The notes beneath the pieces were generated by a model. That model was given only the letters and a program-made list of their open reading frames with translations. It did no database searches and was not told the origin of the DNA. A stretch of 63,877 nucleotides of DNA, filler included, from Octopus bimaculoides (lineage: Eukaryota): assembly GCF_001194135.2 (NCBI RefSeq). It is 4 parts of 4 records of this genome, joined end to end, with 100 filler letters (N's around TTAATTAATTAA, not from the genome) between each part and the next. Parts side by side here need not be neighbours in the genome. Positions count along the whole stretch, not along the records: positions 37,636 to 57,193 come from NC_068985.1; 3 more parts are not named here. One strand, written 5' to 3'. Below, piece after piece: positions 38,017 through 51,229 of this stretch. Positions within the stretch are counted from its first letter, which is position 1. Every line of letters starts with the position of its first letter. The position numbers were made by a program, and so were the translations under genes.

Positions 38017-39456
38017 AAATAGATCAAAAGATGTTTGGCAAACTTACGTTCTTATTGTCTATAAAAATAAATATTAGTAAATGCCAGAGAAAAGTGGCTT
38101 GGGAATAAAGAAGGCTTGAAATGAGTCGAAAGAAATGACACCCACATGAAATATGGCTTCAATGTAATCAGATGGATGAATAACATCATTATGAGAGAGA
38201 TAAGCTGAGATCGTGGTTCCACTGCACAACACAGAGTGTCTGGTAATGTATGTAGAAGGAAGTCTCAGAGAGCAATCATAGGGATATAGATTTAGAGTGG
38301 GGATGATTGAATAGGGAACGAAGAGTAATTTGTATCGCAGACTTTGAGTTGATACAATAAAATTAGTGATAGAAACTATTAATAGATGGAATAGATTTAA
38401 AATTGGAAATTTGGTAAATGAGACATAATATTATGATAAATGAAGAAATATATATGTTGCGAAAAGAATATCCATCTCTTTGTAATTGACATAATGCCAG
38501 TCTCAATTAAGGCATAAAATATTTTCTAGAAAGTTCCAATATCAGCTTCCAAAGAATAACCAGATTTTTTTAGATGTATTTCCTTTCATTTCGGTTGGGA
38601 AGTATTAACATAGCAACATGGTAATAGCAACTAGCTTTCAACATAGCAAACAAATAGTGTATCGATATCAACATCTTTTAATCTATAAATATGATAATAA
38701 ATCATAATCTGCTGTTGCCAATCACTTCTAAGCAATTATATTTTCAATGAGATTTAACTCTCATCCGATTTATAGATTTCTTATAAGCCAGGTTATGGTA
38801 AGTGCTGTTAATGCTTGACATATTTGAAGTGTGGAGCGCAAGTGGTGCTTATTGAAGTGGTGATTATGATGACTTCCATAAATCCATTGGGTGGTTGAGG
38901 AACCATTAAAGATCTTACACACATGAAGTGTGTTTAGTATGAATTAATCTACCATAGCTCATCCATCAATCTCTAAGTTATGTCCAGATGAATTGAAACA
39001 ACCGCATACATATGGAACACATCTCAAATTCAAATACATTTTCTGTTGTTTTTTTAATAACTGAACGGAGAGAGGAGAAGCAATGAACCTTGACTCCTTT
39101 ATTAGGGGCTCAATGAGTGTTAGGGTGAAGGGAAGGAGAGATCTTCAGGTTGGAGATCTTGCTGGAACATTTGCAGAATGTATTCCACTAAAAGGTAGCC
39201 AACTAGGATATTTTGATCCTTAAACAATAGTTGCAGTCTTAAAGGAAGCTCCAAGATGGTGATTTTTTTCCCCGAGTCTTTCATTATATTTTAATTTGAA
39301 AATTAAATTTGTGTAAATGTTTGTAAAGGTTGAAAAAAATATTTGTATTCTACAAATCTTTTAGGTTTTATAAAAACATCTTTTTCATTGCAAATTTCTT
39401 TATCATTCTACTTCTTTGAAATATAAATCTACAACTCATGTAAAATGATAGACCTT

Positions 39457-39490
<34 letters not shown>

Positions 39491-39784
39491 CCAACACCAG
39501 CAGCACCACCACTACCATCATCATCACCACATACTAGGTTTGGTGGCAGGCAATGAGAATGCTAAAGACAATGAGAGATGAAGAATCAAAGAGACAGGGA
39601 TGAGGTGTGTGTGGAGTTAATGACAGAGTAATTATGGTAAGAGTCGTACAAATGAGAAATTTGCTTCATAAAATTTGAGGTGAAATATTTTTCTTTTGAA
39701 AAGTTGTGTGCATTTCTCGATTTTGTATAAACATCGAGAAATTTGATAAAAGTTGAATTATTATTATTGTATGTATGTACCTGT

Positions 39785-40192
39785 ATGCACAAGTGTGGTC
39801 GTGTGGTGAGTAGCTTGCTTCCCAAGCATATGAGTGCAGGTTCAGTTCCACTTTGTGGCACCTTGGGCAAGTATCTTCTACTGTAACCTCAAGCTGACCA
39901 AAGCTTTGTGAGTGGATTTGGAAAATGGAAACTGAAAGAATCCTATCACATATATACAAATGTATATATCTGTGTGCGCGTGTGTGTGTGGGGGGGGGTG
40001 TATCATTGTATATTCATTTATCTCCCAACACTACTTGCCAGCTGGTGTTGGTTTGTTTACATTCACATAACTTATTTTTTTCAGCAAAAGAGACCAATTG
40101 GATAAACACCAGGCTTAAAACTCTTCAAACAGTGCTCCAGCATGGCCTCAGTCAAATACCTGAGACAAGTAAAAGAGTGACAATAAAAGATA
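39785..40192 (+). mobile_element. SINE family A, full length
   Basis: Head, core GCTTTGTGAGTGGATTTGG, internal repeat, CAGTGCTCCAGCATGGCC tail. Confidence 0.88.
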
Positions 40193-41197
40193 TACCAAGT
40201 TCCTTGATATTACCCATGGTTGCAAATGTCTCTTTCCGATGTCATCTATCATCATATGACAAGTAAAAGTGTAGCCATAGCTTCATACTGTTGGTCTATA
40301 TTTTGTCCACCCTGGGGCAGGGTGGGGAGATTGGAATGCAACTGCAATACCAAGAGGAGCTGAACTCAGAACTAAGAAAGATAAGAAGAATAAATATGAT
40401 ATGACATTTAATCTGTTACTCTACAATTTTGTAAAACTCACTGCCTTCATTCATAATTAAAACTGCAATGGAAAGTAATCAAGAAGGATTATATTGAAAA
40501 TTTGGAAGAAAGAAACAGAAAATTTGGAAAAATTGGAAAAAGAAACTCGTAGACACAATAAAATATCTGTCTTTTACCGCAGCCGCTGATTATTCTCAGT
40601 CTTTTTTTTTTAAGTTTCAGGTGCCGTGATTAAAGTTGTCATGAGATAAGAAACACCAAGCAATTTTGCTACTAAATAATGAAATTTCGTTCATTTCAAC
40701 AACGATAATTACTTCAAAAGTTTTTCTGGTCAGTCTATTGTTATTATTTGTATTGTTTCAATTATTTTTATTATTTTTATTATTTGAAACTAATTTAACC
40801 TGTTTCATTACCAAGAGTTGTTCGATAATAGTTGTAAAAAGTTACATAATATATGCTACAGGGTAATCAGGGAGTTAATTAATTTTGTGAAAGAATTAAA
40901 GAATACGTAACGTAGAGTTATTCTAAAATTGGTTGTCACATAGCCACTAACATTAATAATCTTTACCTGCTGGCAGGCGTTGTTCCTTCTGATATCTGAG
41001 GGTTTGTTACCAGTTAAACTGTAAAATGAAAAAAAAAAATAAAGAATTGTTTGATCAGACATCCATTATCAAGAATTACAAAGAAGATTGAAACGAGAGA
41101 AAATATTTCAGAATACACAACATTCTTGCAAATATTTCTGAAGAATCTGTCTAACCCTAACCCTACATAGAATAGTGGAAGAATACAAAATGGTAAG

Positions 41198-41418
41198 GAG
41201 ATATTCTTTTCTACTCTAAGCACAAGGCCTGAAATTTTTAGGGAGGGAGCCAGGCAATTAGATTGACCCCAGTACGCAACTGGTACATAATTTATTGACC
41301 CTCGAAAGGATGAAAGGTAAAGTCAACCTCGGTGGCATTTGAACTCAGAACATAACGACAGACAAAATACCACTAAGCGTTTCACCTGGTTTGCTAACTT
41401 TTCTGCCAGCTCGCTGCC
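41198..41418 (-). mobile_element. SINE family B, full length
   Basis: Reverse complement GGCAGCGAGCTGGCAGAA...GAGTTCAAAT...GAGGTTGACTTTACCTTTCATCCTTTCGAGGGTC. Confidence 0.88.
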
Positions 41419-41699
41419 TAGAATGGTAATTAGATATTGCATCAAAACTAAGGAGATAGAATTGGCAGAAAATTGATTAAAAGTCTCAGAGTCTCCAAAC
41501 AGAGAATGAAATGTTTTGAAGAACACAATACTGGATTTGGACTAAAGAGTGAAAAACAAATGAGTAGAATGGGAACATAACCTGGAATCCTGTTTGTGTG
41601 GTTGTTGTAAAGAACGAATCAGTTGCCATTTTGGCCATCAGTGGATTCTCCTTGTTATTTGGATGACTTCAAAAATAACACAAAGAACATGTGATTGGA

Positions 41700-41850
41700 T
41701 ACAGGCCTGAGATAATAATAATTTCAACTTTTGGCACAAGGCCGGCAATTTCAGGGATGGATCTAAGTTGATTGTCTCAGCCCTAGTGCTTGACTGGTAT
41801 TTCTTTTAAGGACTCTGAAAGGATGAATGGCATACTGGACCTATGCAGCA
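41700..41850 (-). mobile_element. SINE family B, 3' part
   Basis: GGCACAAGGCCGGCAATTTCAGGG...AACTGG-like...AAAGGATGAATGGC. Confidence 0.6.
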
Positions 41851-42134
41851 AGCCTGAGATGATGATGATGAACTTAAGACTAGAATAAGAGTACAGATTT
41901 GTTATCTCAAGCTTTGTTCATTATTCTATCGCTTATTTGTCTCAGTCATTAGACTATAGCCATGCTGGGGCTTTGCCTTGAAGAATTTTAGTTGAATTAG
42001 TGAACCACAGTACTTCCTTCCTGGAAAGTAACAGCACCATTTCTGCATACTTGCCTCTACTTATTACCATCTTCAGCTGCCTTTTGCCAGACATTAGAGT
42101 GTCTCAAAAGCATATTTAAAGATCTTTCCTCTAT

Positions 42135-42475
42135 TATCTTTTATTTGTCTCAGTCATTAGAATGTGCCCATTCTGGGGCACCGCCTTGAAGAAATTTCAG
42201 TCGAATGACTAAACCTCATTACTTGTATTTTTTAGAGCCTAGTGCTTATTCTATCTGCTCTGTTTTGCTGAACCACTTTGTAGCAGGGATAAAAACAAAG
42301 CAAGACCTTTTGGGTGAGTGTAGGGTGGGAACACAAGCAAAAAAGCTAAACACACACAAATAAATTGACATGCTACTTTCAGTTTCTGTTTACCAAATCC
42401 ACTCTGAAGGCTTTGGGCTGGTTCAACGTTATAGCAGAAGACACTCGCCCAAGGGGTGAACCCAGAACAATGTAC
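42135..42475 (-). mobile_element. SINE family A, degraded
   Basis: TTTATTTGTCTCAGTCATTAG tail, TTTACCAAATCCAC core, GAAGACACTCGCCCAAGG. Confidence 0.75.
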
Positions 42476-43147
42476 ACCTCTACAGATTCATGTCTGAACC
42501 TGTACAGTTTTTCTTTTTCATTGCAGTTCAGGTCAGACGGATGAATCGAAACCAGGTTTCTCAGAGTGGAAATCCTTGTTTAAGACTTAAGCTTCCAAAT
42601 CAAGAGAGAAAATATTTTATTCAACATCTACCGAAAGCAACCAAGACTGGAGTCAGCAAGAACTATCACAATGATTAAATAACAAAACAACTTAATTTCA
42701 TTCACCATAATCATGTAAATTTACTTGTATCTCTTCCGGTTCAAACATCATATTTATTCACATATTTTATTTATTTTTTAAATAATTATATCAATATTTA
42801 AATTCAGAATTGTTATTTATAATATTTCATCATAATAATATTATATGCTAATAGTATGTTACCAAATTCTAAAGATAAATATGACTTTCAGAAATAATAA
42901 TAGACTCATCTAATGTATTTATCTTTAATTTATTGTTATTGTGTTCTGTGATTACTGACAACCGTCCTCTGCCAATTTTTGCTTCATGTGCTTTGTTCAA
43001 CAGTTTAATAATTCATGTTTTTGATGACAGGGTTAGAGCTGGAATTGGTTGTATTAATGGTACTGATTCTCCTGCTAACTGCAAAATCCTGTCAACGTGG
43101 TTTCAAACACAATACAGTCATATTGACCATGGAACCTGGATGTTAAA

Positions 43148-43395
43148 TGATGAGGATAATCGGGATGATGGTAATGATGGTAGTGATGATGATGGCAATC
43201 AGGGCGATGATGGTGATCATTGACATCACCATCATCATCATGATCATCATTATGATCATGATCATCATTACCATCATCATCATCATCGTCGTCGTCATTG
43301 TCATCGTCACCCTCCTCCTCCTCCTCCTCATCATCATTATTACAACCATTGTTGTCATCATCAATATCATCAACATCACTGTCATCGTCTTCATC
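43148..43395. repeat. Degenerate (GAT)n switching to (CAT)n
   Basis: Orientation switch at a perfect 12-bp inverted repeat, 43206-43217 / 43225-43236. Confidence 0.9.
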
Positions 43396-43479
43396 ATTGT
43401 CAAAAAGACCAATGTAAGTTGTGCTGGCATGATGAGGTGGGGAAAGTGATGCATTGGAAACTGTGTGCAAAGAGAGAGA

Positions 43480-43990
43480 ATGAAGATGTAGTGTGAGTAC
43501 AAACTGCCAAGGGCGGTGGAGTCAGAGGCTTCAAAATCCTGTGGGATTTCTCAATCAAAGTAGGCCAGGAGCTTGACCACAACAAGCCAGATCTAAAGGT
43601 GGTGGACAAGGTGAATCACGTGTGCTCTATTATTGATGTTGTCTGCTCTTTTGACCCCTGAATAGGCAAAAAGGAAAACAAAGAAATAGACATATGCAAA
43701 CCTCTTAAATATGAGACAGCCTGACTATGGAGAATGAAGGTGAAAGTAGGACCAATTATTGTTGGATCCTTGGGGACAGTATCTAAAGGCATCAAGAGGA
43801 ATATAAATGAAATTGGAATAGAGTTCCCAGCATAACTGTAACAAACATTTTGCTTCCTTGACACAGTCAGAATAATCAGGAAAGTATTAGTTGAAAAGAA
43901 CGGATAGCATGGTACCATAGACTGCAAGTATCAAACCTGTTATGCATGCAAGACTCTAAGAATTCTAACAAAACCCTAATTAAAAGAAAA
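43480..43990 (+). mobile_element. R4/Rex6-like LINE, RLE domain and 3' UTR
   Basis: KILWDFSIK..HNKPDLKVVDK..IIDVVC..PIIVGSLGTVSK..TVRIIRKVL; ends in AAT/TTA repeats. Confidence 0.85.
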
Positions 43991-44004
43991 AGACAATAAT
44001 GTTA

Positions 44005-44900
44005 TTATTATTATGACAATAAACCATCTCCTTTTATAGATGACCTGAGATTATTTACCAAAAGTGAGAAAGCCTTAGATTCACTGGGTCGGACTCTGGT
44101 TCAGTTGTGAGTGATGACATTGTCATGGCAACTAGAATAGACAAATGTGTGACGCTAGAGATAAAGAGATGGAAAATATCCAAGTCAGGAGAGATTAAAC
44201 TCCTAAAGAAGACACTGATCTGAGCAATGAATGAGGCGACTGTTGCAAGTACCTGGGTATATTGGAGACAGATAGAATCCTCTTCCAAGAAATGAATGAG
44301 AAAATGAGAAATGAATATCTTAGGAGTGTAAAGAAGCTGCTAAATTCAAAGCTCAATGGGGAGAAAAGAATCTCTGCAGTAAACCCATGGGTGGTCACTC
44401 TAATATGATATTCTGATGCTTTCCTGAACTGGACTAAGGAAGAACTAAGAGACATGAGCTGTAAAATCAGAAAGACAATGTCCATGTATAGGTCACCACA
44501 TCCCAGAGACAGTGTTGGTAGATTTTACCAATCACAGAAGGAGCACAGGATGGACTGATATCAATAGAAAAATGTGTAGAGATGGCAAAATGGGACGTAG
44601 AAGAATATGTGAGAAGCATCTCAGAAAGAAAGACTGATTTCAGCTGCCAAAGGAGATGAGAAAGAAATTGTGGAGACTGCAATGGATGACACGAAGAAAA
44701 CAGGAAGGAGAAAGAAACATCTGAGGAAAAGAAGAACATGACTAGCAATGAAGACAAACAGAGGACATTGCAGCAGAGGAGTCATGGTTATGGCTGAAAT
44801 GCGGATGATTTGAAGGATACCAGGAACTGAAAAGCCAAATGAGCAAACAGTGAATGTGGTTGAGAAATTTCAGTGGTATAAGTATTTGGGAATACTGGAG
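44005..44900 (+). mobile_element. R4/Rex6-like LINE, C-terminal half of RT
   Basis: INHL..IDDLRLF, DKCVTL, KYLGILE, EYLRSVKKLLNSKLNG, NWTKEEL..RKTM..HPRDSVGR. Confidence 0.85.
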
Positions 44901-44914
44901 GTAGATGAAAAGAA

Positions 44915-45077
44915 AACAAAACTGCTGAGTGACTGGGATGTAAACATATGAACACCAGCTGTCAAGCTTTGGTGGTGGACAGACATGGACACACACACGG
45001 ACACACACAGACACACACACACACACACGGACACACGTGTGACAGGCTTCTTTCAGTTTCTGTCTACCAAATCCACA
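44915..45077 (-). mobile_element. SINE family A, middle part
   Basis: GGCTTCTTTCAGTTTCTGTCTACCAAATCCAC next to an internal CA repeat. Confidence 0.7.
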
Positions 45078-45079
45078 GA

Positions 45080-45285
45080 CCGCTAGAATGTTGGATAAGA
45101 TGTTTAGCTGTATTTTGCTTGTCCCTAGGTTCAGAGTTCAAATCCTGCTGAGTTTGACTTTGTCTTCCATCCTTTCAGGGTTGATAAAATAAGTGCTAGA
45201 TGAACACAAGGGTCGATGTTATCAACTTGTTCCCACCTTCCCGCAAGTTGCCTTTGTGAAAAAATTTTAAATAATAATTACATGG
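45080..45285 (+). mobile_element. SINE family B
   Basis: GAGTTCAAATCCTGCTGAGTTTGACTTTGTCTTCCATCCTTTCAGGGTTGATAAAATAAG. Confidence 0.75.
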
Positions 45286-45818
45286 CTTTGTGGTCACTCC
45301 TGCGTTCTTTAAACTCTACACCTACATAGTTACGGGGGGCTTCAACTATGTACTTTGGACTTCAATCTCACAGACACTGAAAGGAACATGAAAACAGCCT
45401 TTTCTTTTTTGATTAATTTATTCAAAAGAAAAAAAAAATCATACTCAGAGGAAATTTGACTGCTATTTCTTGCAAATCAAGCCACCATGTGACGAATTTC
45501 TTATTGGTTTCTCATTCAAATAAACTGAAGCTGAGGAATTAAATACATTTCGTGTAAAAACATTTATAACCCTTCAGCAAGATTTTTTGCCTTTGTTGTG
45601 AGAACTTATAATTTTCAACTGAAAACACTTGTGAATTTCACATAATTAGGAATAATTGCAAGGTTTGATTGCTCTGGCAGCAAATAAATAGATAACAGGA
45701 TAGACATGAGACTTAATTATTTCATTAAGTTTAAGCAATTAGAGATGTAATTATGTGAATGTTGTCCAATCAGTTCAGAAGGTTGATAACTAAAATATAT
45801 TTTAATATTTAGGTTATA

Positions 45819-46200
45819 AGCGCAGGTGTTGCTGTATAGCAAGATTCTTGCTTCTCATCCACATGGTTCTGGTTTCAGTCCCACTGCATGGCACCTTGAA
45901 CAAGAGTTTTCTACCATAGTCTCAGACCAATGCTTTGTGAAGGAATTTGGTATTCATAAACTGAAAGAAGCCAGTTATGTGTATGTGTGTGTGTGTGTGT
46001 TTGCCCCCCCCCCCCCACCATTGTTTGTCAACTGGTGTTGGTGTGTTTGCTTCTTCATAACTTAGTCGTTCAGCAAAAGTAACTGACGGAATAAGTACCA
46101 GGTTTAAAACATTAAGTCCTGGGGTTGGTTCATTTGACTAAAAATTCTTCATAGTGGTGCCCCAGCATGGCCACAGTCTAATGACTGAAATAAGACAAAA
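45819..46200 (+). mobile_element. SINE family A, full length
   Basis: GCGCAGGTGTTGCTG head, CAGTCCCACTGCATGGCACC, internal TG repeat, CCCCAGCATGGCCACAGTC tail. Confidence 0.85.
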
Positions 46201-46429
46201 ATTAACAGATATATGTTTATAGGACTGAAAAGAACTGAGTCAAAGTAGGAGCCTATAACTGGTCACTAAACCAGCTAGAAATAGGAGCTAAAACCATTCA
46301 CTACCGTATTGATAAGTGGACGAGGTATTACAGATAATGTAATCTTTGAGATAAAACAATTGAAAAAAAAATTAAAAGATGAAATGGTCATGGCTGGAAT
46401 ATATCTGATCCTAAGTTTATTGGATCAGG

Positions 46430-46775
46430 ACTCAATTGGGTCCAACTGAGTTCAAAGGTCAGCATTGCAAAATTGGATTTTCCTGACTCTGAAAGCCTGC
46501 GTTATGTAACTTGTCCTCACAAAAATGAATGATTACTGAATTGAATTGTAACATGTGATGAGAAATGGATCCAATACAACAACTGCAAATGTTCAGTACA
46601 ATGGTTCGACAAAGACGAGCCACCAAAACAGTCCAAAATGCAAAATTCATCAAAAGAAGCTGATGTTGTGTGTTTGGTGGTCTGGTGCAGGTGTGATCCA
46701 TTATGATTCCATTAAATCCGGTTCAGTAATCATGGCCAAAGTATACTGAAGATAACTGGACCAAATGATGAAGAA
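46430..46775 (+). mobile_element. Mariner (Hsmar1/Mos1-like) catalytic-domain fragment
   Basis: IVTCDEKWIQYNN..QWFDKDEPP..HQKKLMLCVWWSGAGVIHY. Confidence 0.85.
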
Positions 46776-47434
46776 TATTTATATGCTCATATGGATATAG
46801 TATAAATATCTTGCATAGACTTAAGTAACTGAAAAATATCAATTTAAGAACAAGAAAAATAATTTATAAGAGATAAGAGGTTAATAAGTAAGGATGTCAA
46901 AATAAGAAAACAAAATCATAGGAATTTGTAGAAAATAATAAGAAATACATATGACCTACATATAAAGAGACAGGGGATTAAAATTAGAGGCAGGGAAAAG
47001 ATAAAGGTAACCCAAAAAGTGGGGGTAATAGGTATAGAAGTAGTGAGATTCAGACCAAAGAGATTTTACAAGTTGTAATGTTACAGGCATTATTGTATGT
47101 ATGGTTTTATAGTTTCTAGAGAGTATATGATTTAGTCAAAAGGGGACTTACATAAAGTCACTGCAAGTATACATGCTATGATGTGTAGTGTAGAGCATCA
47201 TAGAAAGGAAAATAGTGTAATCACCAAAATAGGATGAAGTCAGACTAACTAGGCAAGGGTTATCATGGGATAATATTACATATAGCACACCATATAACAC
47301 AGCACATAACACATAACATATGTAATATAATTCATCATATAACATAATATCCCATGATTTTATTATACTTTATACTGAAGTCAGCGGATATGGCACCAAA
47401 ATTTATTTTCCACCATCAAAGTTCAAGTATGGTA

Positions 47435-47495
<61 letters not shown>

Positions 47496-47742
47496 NNNNN
47501 NNNNNNNNNNNNNNNNNNNNNNNNNNNNNNNNNNNNNNNNNNNNNNNNNNNNNNNNNNNNNNNNNNNNNNNNNNNNNNNNNNNNNNNNNNNNNNNNNNNN
47601 NNNNNNNNNNNNNNNNNNNNNNNNNNNNNNNNNNNNNNNNNNNNNNNNNNNNNNNNNNNNNNNNNNNNNNNNNNNNNNNNNNNNNNNNNNNNNNNNNNNN
47701 NNNNNNNNNNNNNNNNNNNNNNNNNNNNNNNNNNNNNNNNNN

Positions 47743-47779
<37 letters not shown>

Positions 47780-47801
47780 ATGTATATATAGTATTTGTAA
47801 T

Positions 47802-48192
47802 GAAGAATGTTGTGGATAGTAAGTTCGAAGTTTTGGCCAGCTAAGCCATTATTGAACTGCGATGGATTAGAGTTAATCTTGCGTTTACATAGTTTTGTTG
47901 AGTTAAAAATCATCTTTGGATTTGTGGGTCAGTAGGGTGTTGATTAGCTTTTTATAGAAATGTATTTTGGAAACATTTTAATTGACTAAATTTTGGATTA
48001 TGTTATTGTTTAGAATTTAGTCCTGCATGTAAAACTTTGTAAACAAGCCTGTAGGCGTTTCTCTTTTGTGTGACAAGATTTGTGTTGCTTTTGGCATTTT
48101 AATTCAACAGCGGCAAAATTAATTAGAATGAATTACTGACCAAGATGGCTAAGCTGGCTAAAACTTTGAAGTCACTGTCAACAACATTCTTG
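47802..48192. mobile_element. MITE with ~49-bp terminal inverted repeats
   Basis: 47802-47850 vs reverse complement of 48144-48192: 40/49 identical; non-coding interior. Confidence 0.75.
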
Positions 48193-50269
48193 TATATGGA
48201 TAATAAAGTTGTACTCTATAACGGTTTAGAGTAACCGATCAGATTAATGTAAATTTTTTTAATCATAAGTGAACATAAAGCAAACATTAACATATATACA
48301 TATATACACAAATATATATACATGCATATATGTACACACAAAAACACACATATGTATACAGTTATGTATATACATATATATATATATGCATGTTTGCATC
48401 TGGGTATGGGTTATGTGTTTATACCTTGACATTTTGCAATAGTTGTAAACGAGTATCACTGTTATATAAGTGGTGTTATGCATTTCCAATCTTCTGTGAA
48501 AGCATGTGTAGCCATGGGAAATATTACCTTGTTTGGGAATGGGTGAGGGGTTGGTGGCAAGGAGGGCATCCATCTAGAGAAATTCTATCAAAACCTTGCA
48601 AGAATATAAATGTACATTAAAAGTGATGATGGTGATGATAATGATGATTTATACACACATATGCACATATAAATGCAAATATATAAATGTGTGTTTATAT
48701 TTTGATATACCTTCAATGAAATCTGAAAGGAATGTAAAATGCCTTTTGTTCTTTTTAATTTTTTTCCCCCTCCAACAAAAATATATGTAGAAAAATGTTT
48801 AACATAATTAATAGTTCATTTAAATTTTCAAGTCAAAGAACGATGACAAAATTTACTAGATTACTTCATATATTATATCTTGAATTCTACAAACTGATTC
48901 TGCTAAACCGAAATTGGCTCTAATTCGTATCGATCTCTTTTCATTTGCAGACTCTTTAAAGTGTTTTTAACATAAACATTATTACATTTTCAGTTCCTTT
49001 ACTTTCATTTATTTTTGGCATTTTCCAAATTTTAGTTTCATCAAATTAAGTTTTTCTCTTCATGTTTAAATAAATTTACAAAACATTTCTGTAAAATTTC
49101 CTCTCATTATCCTTTTCTTTCTATTTTTTTTTGTTTTTGTTCGATTTACTTCCATTTGCTGAATTCAATTATAGAGTATATATACACATACATTCACATA
49201 AATATGTATATAAATGTGTGTGTATGTTTATATATGTGTGTGTATGTGTGTAGATGCACAGACGCACACTTGCACCTACACAAATGTATGAATGTGCATT
49301 TAAAGGGAAGACTAAGAAAGCTGCAATGTTGGAAATGTCTAACTGATAATTTAAAATTCAGAACAAAATTATCAAATTCTTCAATAGTTTTCAACTTCTT
49401 TACTATCACAGAGAGAATCAAAATATTTTCGAATCAATGTTCTTGAAATGCCTCATTGATCGTATCCATGCCTTATCCATTATACATTACATCCACTCCT
49501 CCAAGCGATCCAATCTTTACAGTTTTCACCTACTCTTCCCTACCTCACGTACATATTATATCTCACCACTTATACTTCCTATTTAATTTATCCCAGGGCA
49601 GTTTTTTTCTCAGCTTGCATTGTATATTGTTTTAGCAACAATATAATGTTGTCTAGAGCAAATGCAACTAAAAGACACTTTTGGACAGCTCCCTATCATG
49701 TGTGATGTTTTCTATAGAAATGTGACATAATGTGTTTGATTGCATCTTGGCACGCCAAGGACTCCACTGTCTCTTCTGTTTACTGGTGATCTCATAACAA
49801 TCTCCTGATTTTAATTGAAGAGTGACATGATGTTACAGTCATGAGTCCAAGAGAGGTTGCACTTCATGTCAATGTTACTGTCAGCTTCATGTATTTGGGG
49901 AACGTATGCATGTATGTGAGTATTTTTGTATACACATTTGTATATGTGCATATATGTATACATATATGTATATGTGTGCATGTAAGTGTAATTGTATGTA
50001 TATATGTGTGTGTCTGTGTGTCTCTGTGTATATATACATATGCATAATATGTACATACATGTATGTGCTTATCTGCATATGTATGTGTCCGTCTAATCAC
50101 GTATTTAATTAAGCATGTATGCATGCATGTATGAACACCTTAGCTTGGAGGCTGGCATAGTCAAGTGTAATGGATGTATGTTATATATGTATAGATCCAG
50201 CGTTTGTATAAATGAAATGTATATATGTATGGAACAAATACATGAATTTAATGTATGTATTTATATATG

Positions 50270-50605
50270 CCTTACCGGCACATGTGCCGGTGGCATGTGA
50301 AAAACAACATTCTAGTGTGGTCGTTGCCAGTGTCGCCAGACTGGCTCCCATGCAGGTAGCACGTAAAAAACACCTTTTGAGCATGGTCATTGCCAGAACT
50401 GCCTGACTGGCTCTCATGCCAGTGGTGCGTATAAGCACCCACTGCACCCTCGGAGTGGTTAGCCTTAGGAAGGGCATCCAGCTGTAGAAACTTTGCCAGA
50501 TCAGATTGAACCTGGTGCAGCCTCTAGCTCACCTGCCCTCAGTCAAACCCATGCCAACATTGAAAGTGGACGTTAAACGACGACGACGATGATGATGATG
50601 ATGAT
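50270..50605 (+). mobile_element. RTE-related non-autonomous element with 66-nt tandem units and a (GAT)n tail
   Basis: Units start at 50286, 50352 and 50418; AGGAAGGGCATCCAGCTGTAGAAAC; GGACGTTAAACGACGACGACGATGATG; related piece at ~48490-48600. Confidence 0.7.
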
Positions 50606-51229
50606 ATATATGCATGTGTGTATGTAGTGAATGTATTACCTTATGTATGTATTGTTTGCCTTTATATTTGTCTATGTAAATATGTAATGTATTTATGTTT
50701 GCATGTAAGTATAGTAAACATTGAGGTGGGGGCAGGCAGAGTGACATGGTTAAGAAGTTCCTTTCAATAGTAGTAGTAGTAGTAGTAGTAGTTTGATTTC
50801 TTTTTGGCCTGATTGAACAGGCTTATGGTAAGTGTTCCAGTTGCCAACATCTCATCAAAACTAATACAAACTGATGTTTTGTTTTCTTTTTATATTATAT
50901 ATATGTTTTGTTTTTTGGTTTGTTATAAGCAGGATTATCTCTTTTTACTATAAACCATTCAACTATGAAGTGGTCAGCTTTGTATCTGATGACCACACAA
51001 TAGAATACACTTTGACCAATGATAACTTAGATGTTTGATCACATACTCCATCATGTCAACCTAAAAGAATACACATGTAATATGAGAGGAATTTGTTTGT
51101 CATTTTTAGCCAGTCACTCTACCACACAGAGGCACCCCTGTCTTTTGGAATATTGATGTATCAATGAATTGGTGGAAACAATTCTAGGCAGACTTGTCAT
51201 GGAATATTATGAAAATGGCAGATGAGGTC

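Noticed and set aside
38077-38430. 118-codon stop-free minus frame upstream of the RTE ATG
   Set aside because: No early start codon and no clear motif; a run this long is plausible by chance in a window of this size and strand skew
38609-38650. Three TAGCAA(C) RFX X-box-like half-sites (others at 9128 and 29857)
   Set aside because: Half-sites only, short, and not tied to any promoter
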